Source of the DNA: Ferruginibacter sp.
GTDB lineage: Bacteria > Bacteroidota > Bacteroidia > Chitinophagales > Chitinophagaceae
Length of the DNA stretch: 64,000 nt
Direction of reading: 5' to 3'
NCBI GenBank assembly: GCA_040400515.1
Contig: JBBAQB010000001.1
Location: 139,131-203,130, forward strand
A program made the translations under genes and the position numbers. Position 1 is the stretch's first letter. Each line of letters starts with the position of its first letter. This document shows, one piece after another, positions 54,689-64,000 of the stretch. Below the pieces are notes generated by a model. It ran no database searches. It was not told the origin of the DNA and worked only from the letters and a program-made list of their open reading frames with translations.

Positions 54689-57600
54689 ATGAAACAACTT
54701 CAATCATTACTGCTGTTATTACCGTTGCTTATCTTAAGCCTCGTAGTAACTGCGCAAAAAAAAGAAATAACCGGTAAGGTTATAGATCAAGCAACTGGAG
54801 AACCAATAAGTGGTGTTTCTGTTCTTTCTAATAACTCAAAGGGTGGAACTACGACCAAAAAAAATGGCAGCTATTCTTTATCAGTTAAAGAAGGGGCTAC
54901 TATTTTAATCTTTTCATCAGTTGGTTACGGAACTCAGTCAATTTCTATAGACGGTAAAAGCGTTATCGATCTATCAATGACAAACCAAGTAAAAACCGAC
55001 GATGAGGTGGTTGTAATTGGATATGGTACCCAAAAAAAATCGAATGTTTCAGGAGCTGTTTCAAAATATAAAAATGAAAGGCTCAATGAAGCACCGGTTT
55101 CTCGTTTAGATCAGGCACTGCAAGGGAAGATAGCAGGTGTTCAGATTCTAAATGTTTCATCAGAAGCAGGTTCTGATCCCAAAATAACCATAAGGGGTAC
55201 CAGTTCAATAAATGCGGGGTCAGCTCCCTTGGTTGTGGTAGATGGTCAAATTACACCTGATGGGCTTTCATTTATAAATCCAACCGACGTTGAATCTGTT
55301 GAAGTATTGAAAGATGCTGCATCTGCGGCAATTTATGGTTCAAGGGGCTCGGGGGGTGTAATATTGGTAACTACTAAAAAAGGAACTTCTGAAAAACCAA
55401 AATACAATTTTAAATATTCTATAGGTCAAAAGAATCCTTATAAATTATACGATGTACAGACCACAACAGAATACGTACAAATGCTGTTCGATGAAAAGGC
55501 CAAAAAAGCACAAGACCCTACAGTAAACCAGGCTACAAATACGGTTACTGACGGTGATAAAGCTTCTTACATCATCGAAAATCAAATTCTTAATGGGCAG
55601 GGAACAGACTGGCAGAAACAGTCTATGAGGGCAGGTATATTCCAAAACGTTGATTTGAGCGTTTCTGGCGGCAGCAAAACAATGAAATATTATATATCTG
55701 GCGGTTATCAAGGTGATGAAGGAATGATGAACAAAAGCAACTTTAATAAGTATTCTTTTAGAGCTAAGACAGATATTGAAATAAGTAAAAGAGTAAGGCT
55801 TGTTATTAATTTAAATCCTTCTTATTCAAACAAGCAAACGCCTTCGCAAAACTTTACCAACTTTTGGCGCATGCCAGGATGGTTACCGGTGTATCATACA
55901 GAAGCAACTGCTGCATTAGCGAGAAGTAATCCGGCATATGCTAATATAAAGGCAGGCGACTTTGCTCACCAGCGCCATTTTTCAAACCTAATTTATACGG
56001 GTACATTACCGGATGGAACTACCTGGACAAGCACAGGAGCAACCTCTCCAGGAGGATCAGCCCAACAAAATCCAAGATCTGATGTTGATAGGTCAGATAT
56101 TAATTCCAACGATTACAGACTGCTGTCGTCTGCTGAACTCAATATCAAAGTGGCTGCAGGTCTTAACTTTAAATCTTTAGCGAGCAGTTATATTAACTAC
56201 AGCAAAGCATTATCTTTTTTTGAAAGGAACTACAATACCGATGGTACAATCAACTCAGGTACTTTCAATAATAATTCTAATATAAATTTATTATCTGAAA
56301 ATACTTTAAACTATACTAAAACCTATAAAGACCACGACGTTACCGTTCTTGCAGGTTTTACCTCTGAGCGTACAACTATAAACAGAGATCAAACAACAGG
56401 TATTGATTTTCCAAGTGATGACATAAGAACTTTAAGCAGTGCGGCACAAATTGATAAAAGCAGAACAGTGGGTACGAAGGTTGAAATAGGACTAAATTCA
56501 TACCTTGGTCGTTTAACTTATGCATATAAAAGCAAGTATCTATTTTCCACAAGTTTAAGAAGAGATGGTAGTTCTAATTTTGCGCCTGGAAACAAGTGGG
56601 GTACTTTCCCTGCCGTATCCGGCGGTTGGGTAGTAAGTAAAGAAAAGTTTTTGAGCAATGTTAAATGGCTCAACAATTTTAAATTGAGAGGCAGTTATGG
56701 TGCTACAGGAAATAACAGAATAGTTGAGAATGCATGGATAGATTTATTGTATGGCAGTAATTACCCTTTAGGCACTGCAACTGGAAACAGTAATCCAGGT
56801 TTGGCATCATCTACCAATATTATTGGAAATCCGAATATTACCTGGGAAAGAACTTTTCAAAAAAATCTGGGTATTGATATAGCTGTATTAAAGAATAGAA
56901 TAAACCTGAGTGTTGATGTGTACAAATCAAAAACAGAAAAATTACTTCTTTTACAATCAGTACAGGGCTTTACCGGTGTTCAGCAATATTGGAACAATTT
57001 GGGAAGCTTACAAAACAAAGGGATCGAAGTAGATTTATCAAGTACGAACATTAAAACTAGAAACTTTAGCTGGTCTACTTCAGGCAATATTTCCCATAAC
57101 GAAAACAAAATACTTGAACTAGGTACAGAAGCGTATTTACTGAACCAGGGAGAGCGGGCAGAGGTTTATAGAAACCAGGTTGGTAGACCTTTGGTAGAAT
57201 TTCTAGGTTTTAAAACGAACGGCGTGTGGTTATCACAGGTAGAAATTGACGAAGCAAGGGCCAAAGGGTTAACGGCAAATGCAAATTTGGCATCTACTTT
57301 ATTTGTACCGGGAGGATTAAAGTTGGTTGATACAAACGGTGATAATATTATTGATAATAATGACAGAGTCGTTTTAGGAAATCCAAACCCTGATTTTATA
57401 TGGGGTGTTACAAATAATTTTAAATTTAAAGGATTCGACCTAACTGTTTTTGTGCAAGGTAGCCAAGGTGGAAAGTTAATAAACGGAGATCCAAATTATA
57501 ATGAATCTGGAAGGACAATAAAAAGTTACAACCAAAACAGATGGGTTAGTGCCATGTTTCCCGGCGATGGTAAAACTCCTGTATCCAGAGGCACTGGGTT

Positions 57601-57895
57601 TCAATGGATGATAACTGACTATGTTATTGAAGATGCTTCATATTATACCATCAGAGAAGTAAATATAGGTTACAGTTTAAAAGAAGACTGGATTAAAAGA
57701 ATAAAATTGAATGGGTTGAGGGTGTATGCAGCAGCTCAAAATCTATACTATCATATGGCATCTAATTATAGAGGTTTAAACCCAGAGGGTAGATTTCAAA
57801 GTGGGCCTTATAACTCTTCCTTGATAGATGGATACCAACGTGGAGCTTTCCCGATACCAAAAACATTTTTGGTTGGCGTAAATTTAACCTTCTAA
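54689..57895 (+). CDS. susC: SusC/RagA-family TonB-dependent transporter
   Basis: 1068-aa ORF with a signal peptide, a carboxypeptidase-regulatory-like N-domain (ITGKVIDQATGEPISGVSV), a TonB box/plug (DEVVVIGYGTQKK) and a barrel ending in ..VNLTF. Confidence 0.92.
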   Translation: MKQLQSLLLLLPLLILSLVVTAQKKEITGKVIDQATGEPISGVSVLSNNSKGGTTTKKNGSYSLSVKEGATILIFSSVGYGTQSISIDGKSVIDLSMTNQVKTDDEVVVIGYGTQKKSNVSGAVSKYKNERLNEAPVSRLDQALQGKIAGVQILNVSSEAGSDPKITIRGTSSINAGSAPLVVVDGQITPDGLSFINPTDVESVEVLKDAASAAIYGSRGSGGVILVTTKKGTSEKPKYNFKYSIGQKNPYKLYDVQTTTEYVQMLFDEKAKKAQDPTVNQATNTVTDGDKASYIIENQILNGQGTDWQKQSMRAGIFQNVDLSVSGGSKTMKYYISGGYQGDEGMMNKSNFNKYSFRAKTDIEISKRVRLVINLNPSYSNKQTPSQNFTNFWRMPGWLPVYHTEATAALARSNPAYANIKAGDFAHQRHFSNLIYTGTLPDGTTWTSTGATSPGGSAQQNPRSDVDRSDINSNDYRLLSSAELNIKVAAGLNFKSLASSYINYSKALSFFERNYNTDGTINSGTFNNNSNINLLSENTLNYTKTYKDHDVTVLAGFTSERTTINRDQTTGIDFPSDDIRTLSSAAQIDKSRTVGTKVEIGLNSYLGRLTYAYKSKYLFSTSLRRDGSSNFAPGNKWGTFPAVSGGWVVSKEKFLSNVKWLNNFKLRGSYGATGNNRIVENAWIDLLYGSNYPLGTATGNSNPGLASSTNIIGNPNITWERTFQKNLGIDIAVLKNRINLSVDVYKSKTEKLLLLQSVQGFTGVQQYWNNLGSLQNKGIEVDLSSTNIKTRNFSWSTSGNISHNENKILELGTEAYLLNQGERAEVYRNQVGRPLVEFLGFKTNGVWLSQVEIDEARAKGLTANANLASTLFVPGGLKLVDTNGDNIIDNNDRVVLGNPNPDFIWGVTNNFKFKGFDLTVFVQGSQGGKLINGDPNYNESGRTIKSYNQNRWVSAMFPGDGKTPVSRGTGFQWMITDYVIEDASYYTIREVNIGYSLKEDWIKRIKLNGLRVYAAAQNLYYHMASNYRGLNPEGRFQSGPYNSSLIDGYQRGAFPIPKTFLVGVNLTF

Positions 57896-57932
57896 ATAAA
57901 ATCAGTTTTAAAAATTATAAAATAAAATTATA

Positions 57933-59543
57933 ATGAAAAAATTAATAACAATATTTATCGCAGGCAGCATTTTAATCACATCCTGCAGTAAGAACATAGA
58001 TAGACAACCATTGAATAATGTAGCAGTGCAAGACTTCTTTAAAACTGCCGCTGACGTGCAAATAGCCTTAAATGGTTGCTATGCAGGTTTAAGACCAACC
58101 CTTATAGACGAATGGAAGCTTACGGAACTTAGGAGTGATAATTCTATTATGGGTAATGCAGGTAGTAAGTCGGTGCCAAATCGAGAATTGAGCGATTTAG
58201 ATCAATTTATTCCTAGTACATCCCAGACAGCAATTTATACCTACTGGTCAGCAAACTATAGTAACATAAGGAACATAAATATTCTTCTAGATGCGTTGGC
58301 GCTTAATTATGATGAAGCAGCAGGAACCCTTACGAAAGGTACTACGGCTGTTGCAATTTCTGAAAGCGACTACAAGGACCTATCGGCTCAGGCTACTTTT
58401 TTAAGGGCATATCATTACTTTAATTTGGTAAGGCTTTATGGGGGTGTTTTCTTAACACATAAACCATTTAAGGGAGCTGAGGCCTTGGCTGCAATAAATG
58501 TTAACAGGTCGTCAGTTGATGATATTTACAAGTTAATTACCGCTGACCTTACTTATGCATCCAACAATGGCGTTTCGTTAAACTATACTGCTTTCGCAGC
58601 TGCAAATTCAGGTACTAATCTTGGAAAGGTAAATGCATGGACGGCTAAATCTTTACTCGCAAAGGTTTATCTAACACTAAATAAAAAAGCAGAGGCAATT
58701 GTTTTATTAAACGATGTTATAGCAAATAGCGGGTATGGTTTAAATACAGCAGGTCTTAGCCCGTATGCAGATATTTTTTCTATAAGCAATGAAATGAACA
58801 AAGAGATTCTTTTTGCGGTTCGTTATAAAGCAGGTGGAATTGATTTGGGCTCTCCATGGCCAAATGCTTTTGCGCCAGAGTTAAGTGGTACAGCTGTTGT
58901 TAATGGCGATGGTTCAGGTTTTAATAATGGTGCATACGAAATGGAAAACCAATATTCGCCTGCCGATACGAGAAAAGCAGTAAACATTGCAATATGGCCA
59001 ACTGCTACTACTGCAGTTACAAGCACGAGCAGAAGAATATATGCTAAAAAACACATCACACCCGTAACACTTAAGAATGATGGCGAAAACGACTGGATAG
59101 TTATGAGATATGCCGATGTATTGTTAATGCTTGCCGAAGCACAGGGAAACACGCTGCCTAGTTTAACATTAATAAACCAGGTGAGAACAAGAGCAGGCCT
59201 TGGGGCTACACCACTAACTGCAATTACAGTACCCACAGACCAAAGATTTGCAGATTCGCTTTCAAAAGAAAGAAAATTAGAATTTGCCTTTGAAAACCAG
59301 CGCTGGTTTGATATGGTGCGTTATAAAACAACGCTGCCCACAATTAGCGAAGATGCAGTAGCAAGATTGAAATCGCATATTGCTTTTATGTTCACCAATC
59401 ATTACGGCAAGTACCCAGCCCCGGCTCCTACATTGGCAACGCTTCAAAGTTATGTTACTACAGAAAAACTATTACTGCCAATACCACAGCGTGAAATTGA
59501 TAATAATACACATCTGGTTATACCGCAAAACCCTGGTTATTAG
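57933..59543 (+). CDS. susD: SusD/RagB-family nutrient-binding lipoprotein
   Basis: 536-aa ORF immediately downstream of susC, with a lipoprotein signal (..ILITSCSKN) and TPR-like SusD blocks (YHYFNLVRLYGGV, MRYADVLLMLAEA). Confidence 0.9.
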   Translation: MKKLITIFIAGSILITSCSKNIDRQPLNNVAVQDFFKTAADVQIALNGCYAGLRPTLIDEWKLTELRSDNSIMGNAGSKSVPNRELSDLDQFIPSTSQTAIYTYWSANYSNIRNINILLDALALNYDEAAGTLTKGTTAVAISESDYKDLSAQATFLRAYHYFNLVRLYGGVFLTHKPFKGAEALAAINVNRSSVDDIYKLITADLTYASNNGVSLNYTAFAAANSGTNLGKVNAWTAKSLLAKVYLTLNKKAEAIVLLNDVIANSGYGLNTAGLSPYADIFSISNEMNKEILFAVRYKAGGIDLGSPWPNAFAPELSGTAVVNGDGSGFNNGAYEMENQYSPADTRKAVNIAIWPTATTAVTSTSRRIYAKKHITPVTLKNDGENDWIVMRYADVLLMLAEAQGNTLPSLTLINQVRTRAGLGATPLTAITVPTDQRFADSLSKERKLEFAFENQRWFDMVRYKTTLPTISEDAVARLKSHIAFMFTNHYGKYPAPAPTLATLQSYVTTEKLLLPIPQREIDNNTHLVIPQNPGY

Positions 59544-59566
59544 TTGCAGAACATATTATAAAGATT

Positions 59567-60457
59567 ATGAAAAAATGCTTTAGCTTATTTGTTTTATTTC
59601 TTCCGTTTTATTTAGCAGCACAAACCACCATGGAAGCTGAAGTAAAGCCTGTAGAATATCCTGCAGGCTACACAGCCAGGTTAAATGTTGTATATACGAA
59701 AGTGAATGAATGGGAAGGTAAATTGGATCTTTATTTACCGCCACAGAATAGTAAGCCAAATGCTGTTATAATAAACATTCATGGAGGCGGTTGGAACCAC
59801 GGCGTAAAAGAAACGCAGGGAGGGTTTAGTACTTTTTTTAAAGTAGGATTTGCAGTGGCCAATATTGAATACCGGCTTACTGGCCAGGCAACTGCACCTG
59901 CTGCTGTAGAAGATACTAGGTGTGCCCTGTTGTATTTGATAAAGAATGCAAAGGAATTAAATATTGATGTAAACAAGATCATCATTATGGGAGGCAGCGC
60001 AGGCGGGCACTTAGCATTAATGGGTGGCCTATTGGGGAATAACCATCTTTTTGATAACAATTGTGCGGGCACGGACCAGATAAAAGTAGCGGCCATCATA
60101 GATAAATATGGCATTACAGATGTATGGGACTGGGCTTATGGGAAGGACCTCACCAGCAAATCAGCTACCAATTGGTTGGGCGCAAAAGCAAAGGATGAAG
60201 CATTTGCAAAATCTGTTTCCCCCATAAATTATATTACTAAAAATAGCCCGCCCATATTTATTGTACATGGCGATGCTGATCCTACTGTGCCATACCAACT
60301 ATCGGTATTGTTGCATAAAAAATTAATTGAGTTGGGTGTTAAAACCGAATTCATAACAGTGCCGGGCGGGTTGCATGGAAAATTTGAGAAAGAAAAAAAC
60401 ACGGAAATAAACAAGGCTATCATCAAATTTATTTTAAGCCTGGATACTTTTAAATAG
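59567..60457 (+). CDS. Secreted alpha/beta-hydrolase esterase (HGGG-type)
   Basis: 296-aa ORF with a signal peptide, the oxyanion motif IHGGGWNHG, the nucleophile elbow GGSAGGH, an acid (HGDADPTVP) and a His (GGLHG). Its stop is 1 nt before the next ATG. Confidence 0.8.
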   Translation: MKKCFSLFVLFLPFYLAAQTTMEAEVKPVEYPAGYTARLNVVYTKVNEWEGKLDLYLPPQNSKPNAVIINIHGGGWNHGVKETQGGFSTFFKVGFAVANIEYRLTGQATAPAAVEDTRCALLYLIKNAKELNIDVNKIIIMGGSAGGHLALMGGLLGNNHLFDNNCAGTDQIKVAAIIDKYGITDVWDWAYGKDLTSKSATNWLGAKAKDEAFAKSVSPINYITKNSPPIFIVHGDADPTVPYQLSVLLHKKLIELGVKTEFITVPGGLHGKFEKEKNTEINKAIIKFILSLDTFK

Positions 60458-60458
60458 C

Positions 60459-62567
60459 ATGAAAAGAAATTGTTTTTATAAAGTTTTATTGGGGCTTTCT
60501 ATTTGCCTTGTTTTATCTGCTTCATCGTATGCCACCAATTATTATGTAAATACTTTGTCAACATTGGTAAATAGAATGAATGCTGCGGTTGGGGGCGATA
60601 CAATTATTGTAACAGATGGTTCATACAATTGGGGGCAAATAAATTTTACCAATACAAACAACACTCCTTCATCTAATTGGATTGTTTTAAAAGCACAAAC
60701 TTTTAATGGTGTTACTTTTAAAGGTAATACCTATTTGCAATTTGCCGGTACTCGCATTTTGGTTACCGGTTTTCGCTTTGCAAATGGAAGTGTAGGTGCA
60801 TTAAATGTAATTCAATTTAAAAATTCATCCAGTGTAGCAGCTAATTATTGCAGGGTAAATAATATTACCATCGATAATTACAACAGCGATTCCAGCGCAA
60901 CTGCTGATCCTGCAAACCCCGGTGTAGGAATAGATAACAAATGGGTTTCATTGTATGGCACAAATAATAGAGTAGATCATTGCACATTTATAAATAAATC
61001 CAATGCAGGCGCCACTGTGGTTGTATGGTACGATGGTATAAATGGGGCATATCCAGGCCAATCTACGCCTACCAATCATCGGATAGATTCAAACTATTTT
61101 AATAGAAGAAGTTATTTGACCGGTAATGGAGGAGAGTCAATAAGGCTGGGTACAAGTGCTGTTTCCAGATCGAATGGTTTTAATATAGTGGAGTATAATT
61201 TGTTTGAAAATATGGCACAATCAGAACCTGAGGTTGTTTCCAATAAAACAGCTTTTAATACGTACAGATACAATACTTTTAAAAATTGTAGTGGCGGATT
61301 AACCTTACGTCATTCGAGGTATTGCAGCGTGTACGGCAATTTTTTTATTGTAGATAATCCAACGGTTACAAATTCGTACGGTATAAGAATTATAGATAAA
61401 GGCCATAAGGTTTTTAATAATTATATAGAAGGTGTAAATGGTAATTCTGGTAGCTTAACATCGTTGCGTTGCCCCATTATTTTATACAACGGCCAATATG
61501 CTGTAAGTGATACTACAAACCCTGCCCATAGCAGTGGCTATTGGCCAGCAGATAGCTCTATAGTTGCTTTTAATACCATTGTGAATTGTAAAGGTGGTGC
61601 AGGTATTACCATTGCACATACAGATAATAATACATTGCTTTTTCAACCCTTGGGGATGATCATATCAAACAATATTATAAAAATGGCAACAGGGCAGGCT
61701 GCCTACAAAGATCCTTCAAGTACAACCGCTACTTACTTTGCAGAAGGAAACAAGTATGATGCACCTAGTGGATTAGGGAATATTTCTCCGACAGGTTTTA
61801 CGGCAACCACGTTAAGCTTTGGTACAAGGCAAAATGGAATTTTATCGGCACCTGCCTTGGTGCAAGATGCTGCCATTAACACAAGTGCATATGCTGCTTT
61901 GTTAAATCTAACAGATGTGCAAGGCCAAGCAAGAAGCAGTATATATGATATTGGATCAGATGAAATAAATGGTACGGGAGCTGTATTGGCATATCCTTTA
62001 GATGCAACACTTGTAGGTGCAGGCACACCACCGGCAGCCCCTTTACCTGTTCGTTTAATAAGCTTTAATGCTACTGCTTTAAAAAACGCAACTCTTTTAA
62101 AATGGCAGATAGAAAATGAAATAAATTTTAAGCAGTACGAATTGGAGTACAGTACCGATGGGGTAACTTTTAAAACCATCGCCACTGTTGCTGCTGCAAA
62201 CCTTTCATTTTATAATTATACATACCCACATACCATTGCACAAAAGGAATATTACCGCTTAAAGTTAATAGACAACGATGGTAGATATGCTTACTCAAAA
62301 ATTATTTTTTTGTATGCCAATGGGAAATTATCCGTTAATGTTTTTCCTAACCCGGCACAAGAATATATTATTGTGGAAGCAAACGGTACCATAACTGATC
62401 AAATAGAAATTATTCTTTACAATGCTTTTGGGCTGCAAGTAAAAAAAGTAATGGCAACAAGTAATGCTACTAAAATTTTAATACAACATTTGGCTAAAGG
62501 AATGTATCATTTACAAGTATCACAAAAGAACATGGAGCCTAGTTATTATCCATTCATTATTCAGTAA
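60459..62567 (+). CDS. PL6-family lyase with T9SS C-terminal sorting domain
   Basis: 702-aa ORF with a signal peptide. The PL6 blocks are DNKWVSLYGTNNRVDHCTF and SEPEVVSNKTAFNTYRYNTFKNCSGGLTLRHSRYCSVYGNFF. The C-terminus LSVNVFPNPAQEYIIVEA...GMYHLQV is a type-A T9SS CTD. Confidence 0.85.
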   Translation: MKRNCFYKVLLGLSICLVLSASSYATNYYVNTLSTLVNRMNAAVGGDTIIVTDGSYNWGQINFTNTNNTPSSNWIVLKAQTFNGVTFKGNTYLQFAGTRILVTGFRFANGSVGALNVIQFKNSSSVAANYCRVNNITIDNYNSDSSATADPANPGVGIDNKWVSLYGTNNRVDHCTFINKSNAGATVVVWYDGINGAYPGQSTPTNHRIDSNYFNRRSYLTGNGGESIRLGTSAVSRSNGFNIVEYNLFENMAQSEPEVVSNKTAFNTYRYNTFKNCSGGLTLRHSRYCSVYGNFFIVDNPTVTNSYGIRIIDKGHKVFNNYIEGVNGNSGSLTSLRCPIILYNGQYAVSDTTNPAHSSGYWPADSSIVAFNTIVNCKGGAGITIAHTDNNTLLFQPLGMIISNNIIKMATGQAAYKDPSSTTATYFAEGNKYDAPSGLGNISPTGFTATTLSFGTRQNGILSAPALVQDAAINTSAYAALLNLTDVQGQARSSIYDIGSDEINGTGAVLAYPLDATLVGAGTPPAAPLPVRLISFNATALKNATLLKWQIENEINFKQYELEYSTDGVTFKTIATVAAANLSFYNYTYPHTIAQKEYYRLKLIDNDGRYAYSKIIFLYANGKLSVNVFPNPAQEYIIVEANGTITDQIEIILYNAFGLQVKKVMATSNATKILIQHLAKGMYHLQVSQKNMEPSYYPFIIQ

Positions 62568-62600
62568 AATTTTTAAAAAATAATACCTAAATAAAAAAGT

Positions 62601-64000
62601 ATGAAAAAATTATTTACCCTACCATTCGTTTTTATTTTATTTCTTTTTGTAGTGCCTTTTACGGGTATGGCACAAGCTAATGGCGATTATAGATCTGCCG
62701 CCTCAGGAAATTGGAACACGCCTGGAAGTTGGCAGGTGAGAGATAATTCAGGAAATTGGTCAACAGCAAATACCTTACCCACTGCTTTAAATAATGTTTA
62801 CATTCAAAATGGTCATACCATTACGCTTGATGTAACTTTACTTGCAGATGATGGCGCTGCTCTTAGTTTACACATAAACACACTAGGTGTTTTAGCTATT
62901 GCCGGAGCAAATAATGTAAAAGTATCTGGCAAAATAAGATGCTTTACAGGTGCTGCAGAAGTTACAGCTGTTGATGGAGTTTATATAGGTACAAGCAGCA
63001 CAGCTACAGCGTCTACAATGATAACCACAACTTCTACAGGGTTATTAAAATTTATTGGTGCTTCAAGAATCATTACAAATACAGGGGAGTGGAATTCATC
63101 TGGCACAAATAACGCAGCAGAATTTGCTTTGGATGCTGGTGCCATAGATACTTTAGCAGTTGGTTGTAAATTTAAAAACATCACTTTTTCTAGCGGTACT
63201 GTTTTCACAACATCTTTTATATCTGCAGCTTCTGGCGACCTTACCATAAAAAACGGAGCAAGGGTAATTTCTTCTAGAAGTGGGACAGGTACAGGCAATG
63301 CGGTAATTGCAAATAGTAGTACTCAAAAATGCGGTATTGTAACAATTGACGATGGTGGAATTTTAGAATTAACAGGAACAACGCCTTCAATAGATTGTAC
63401 TACTTTTAATAATAATGGTACAGTAATTTATTCAAAAGGGGGGTCTCAAACTATGTTGCAAAAATGTGGGGGAGATGCTACGGCTACTGCTGCTTTTGGT
63501 AGTTATAGTACATTGGTTTTAGCAGTGTCAAATACTAAAACACCATCTTCTGCCATCACTGTTAGTAAATTATTACAATTTACAGGTTCAGCTGCTATTG
63601 GAGCAACTGCTGCTTTAACATTAACCATGCTTAATAAATCTACGGTTGATAGATCAGTAACTTCTGGAACATCTATACCAAGTACTGCGGGTGCTGTTTT
63701 TTATGGTGCTGCAAGTGCCGATACTGTAAATGTTACCATTGGTTCATCCATTGGGAGCAGCAACGAATTTCAATCTGCTCCCACCCCGGGTAAAATTGGT
63801 ACGCTAACGATTAATCCAGGGGTTGTTTATACCCATGGAGGTTCTAGAACCGTTATTAATATTGTGAACAACGGGCAAATTGTAATGACACCATCTACCT
63901 CTATGACATTAACCATTGCCGGAACTATTTCAGGTACTGGTATTTATTCTAGCAAGTTGAGTGTAAATGCTCCAATTCATTATGCAACATCTTTTGTTTT
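62601..64000 (+). CDS. Large secreted/surface protein, 5' partial (continues beyond window)
   Basis: Not in the ORF track because no stop is reached. I translated 466 codons from ATG 62601 by hand and found no stop. It has a signal peptide (MKKLFTLPFVFILFLFVVPFTGMAQA), then GDYRSAASGNWNTPGSWQV, then a G/T/S/A/N-rich beta-strand-like sequence. Confidence 0.7.
   Translation, partial: MKKLFTLPFVFILFLFVVPFTGMAQANGDYRSAASGNWNTPGSWQVRDNSGNWSTANTLPTALNNVYIQNGHTITLDVTLLADDGAALSLHINTLGVLAIAGANNVKVSGKIRCFTGAAEVTAVDGVYIGTSSTATASTMITTTSTGLLKFIGASRIITNTGEWNSSGTNNAAEFALDAGAIDTLAVGCKFKNITFSSGTVFTTSFISAASGDLTIKNGARVISSRSGTGTGNAVIANSSTQKCGIVTIDDGGILELTGTTPSIDCTTFNNNGTVIYSKGGSQTMLQKCGGDATATAAFGSYSTLVLAVSNTKTPSSAITVSKLLQFTGSAAIGATAALTLTMLNKSTVDRSVTSGTSIPSTAGAVFYGAASADTVNVTIGSSIGSSNEFQSAPTPGKIGTLTINPGVVYTHGGSRTVINIVNNGQIVMTPSTSMTLTIAGTISGTGIYSSKLSVNAPIHYATSFV

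Overview
AT-rich Bacteroidota-type chromosome segment, probably Chitinophagales/Sphingobacteriia-like. Supporting signs are a SusC/SusD pair, a T9SS C-terminal sorting domain, TAnnTTTG -7 promoter boxes and many tightly coupled genes. It is densely coding: about 55 CDS, 2 tRNAs (His-GTG, Arg-TCT), and no rRNA, CRISPR array, transposase or integrase. Four blocks are visible. (i) 0-9.4 kb is housekeeping: REC-PAS-histidine kinase, TrmN6-like methyltransferase, tsaD, ABC permease, prfC, purB and mqnA, interrupted by a small two-gene nucleotidyltransferase cassette. (ii) 9.6-24.7 kb is a surface-polysaccharide locus built around GDP-mannose 4,6-dehydratase. It has two Gmd/Rmd-like paralogs, a sugar C-methyltransferase, two FkbM-like methyltransferases, GT2/GT4/GT9-like transferases, a Wzx flippase and a YfhO GT-C protein. 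(iii) 25-47 kb is mixed envelope and housekeeping: tRNA-His, a TIGR04282/TIGR04283-like transferase pair, PNP, OstA-like/MlaD/amidase/LptD-like genes, plsC, ung, tRNA-Arg, OmpA, YceI, an S46 peptidase and a phosphosugar mutase. (iv) 47.6-62.6 kb is an alginate-type polysaccharide utilization locus (2x PL6, PL17, KdgF cupin, SDR, LacI, SusC/SusD, esterase). It is followed by the 5' part of a large secreted protein that runs off the window. I found no clear novel multi-gene system such as a defence island. The most unusual items are: two conserved genes with no canonical start codon; YxxxR instead of YxxxK in both Gmd/Rmd-like paralogs; a 122-nt nested palindromic element beside tRNA-His; a decayed receiver-domain pseudogene; a 450-nt unexplained spacer; and the esterase-containing alginate PUL. 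All family assignments rest on motif recognition by eye, with no database search.
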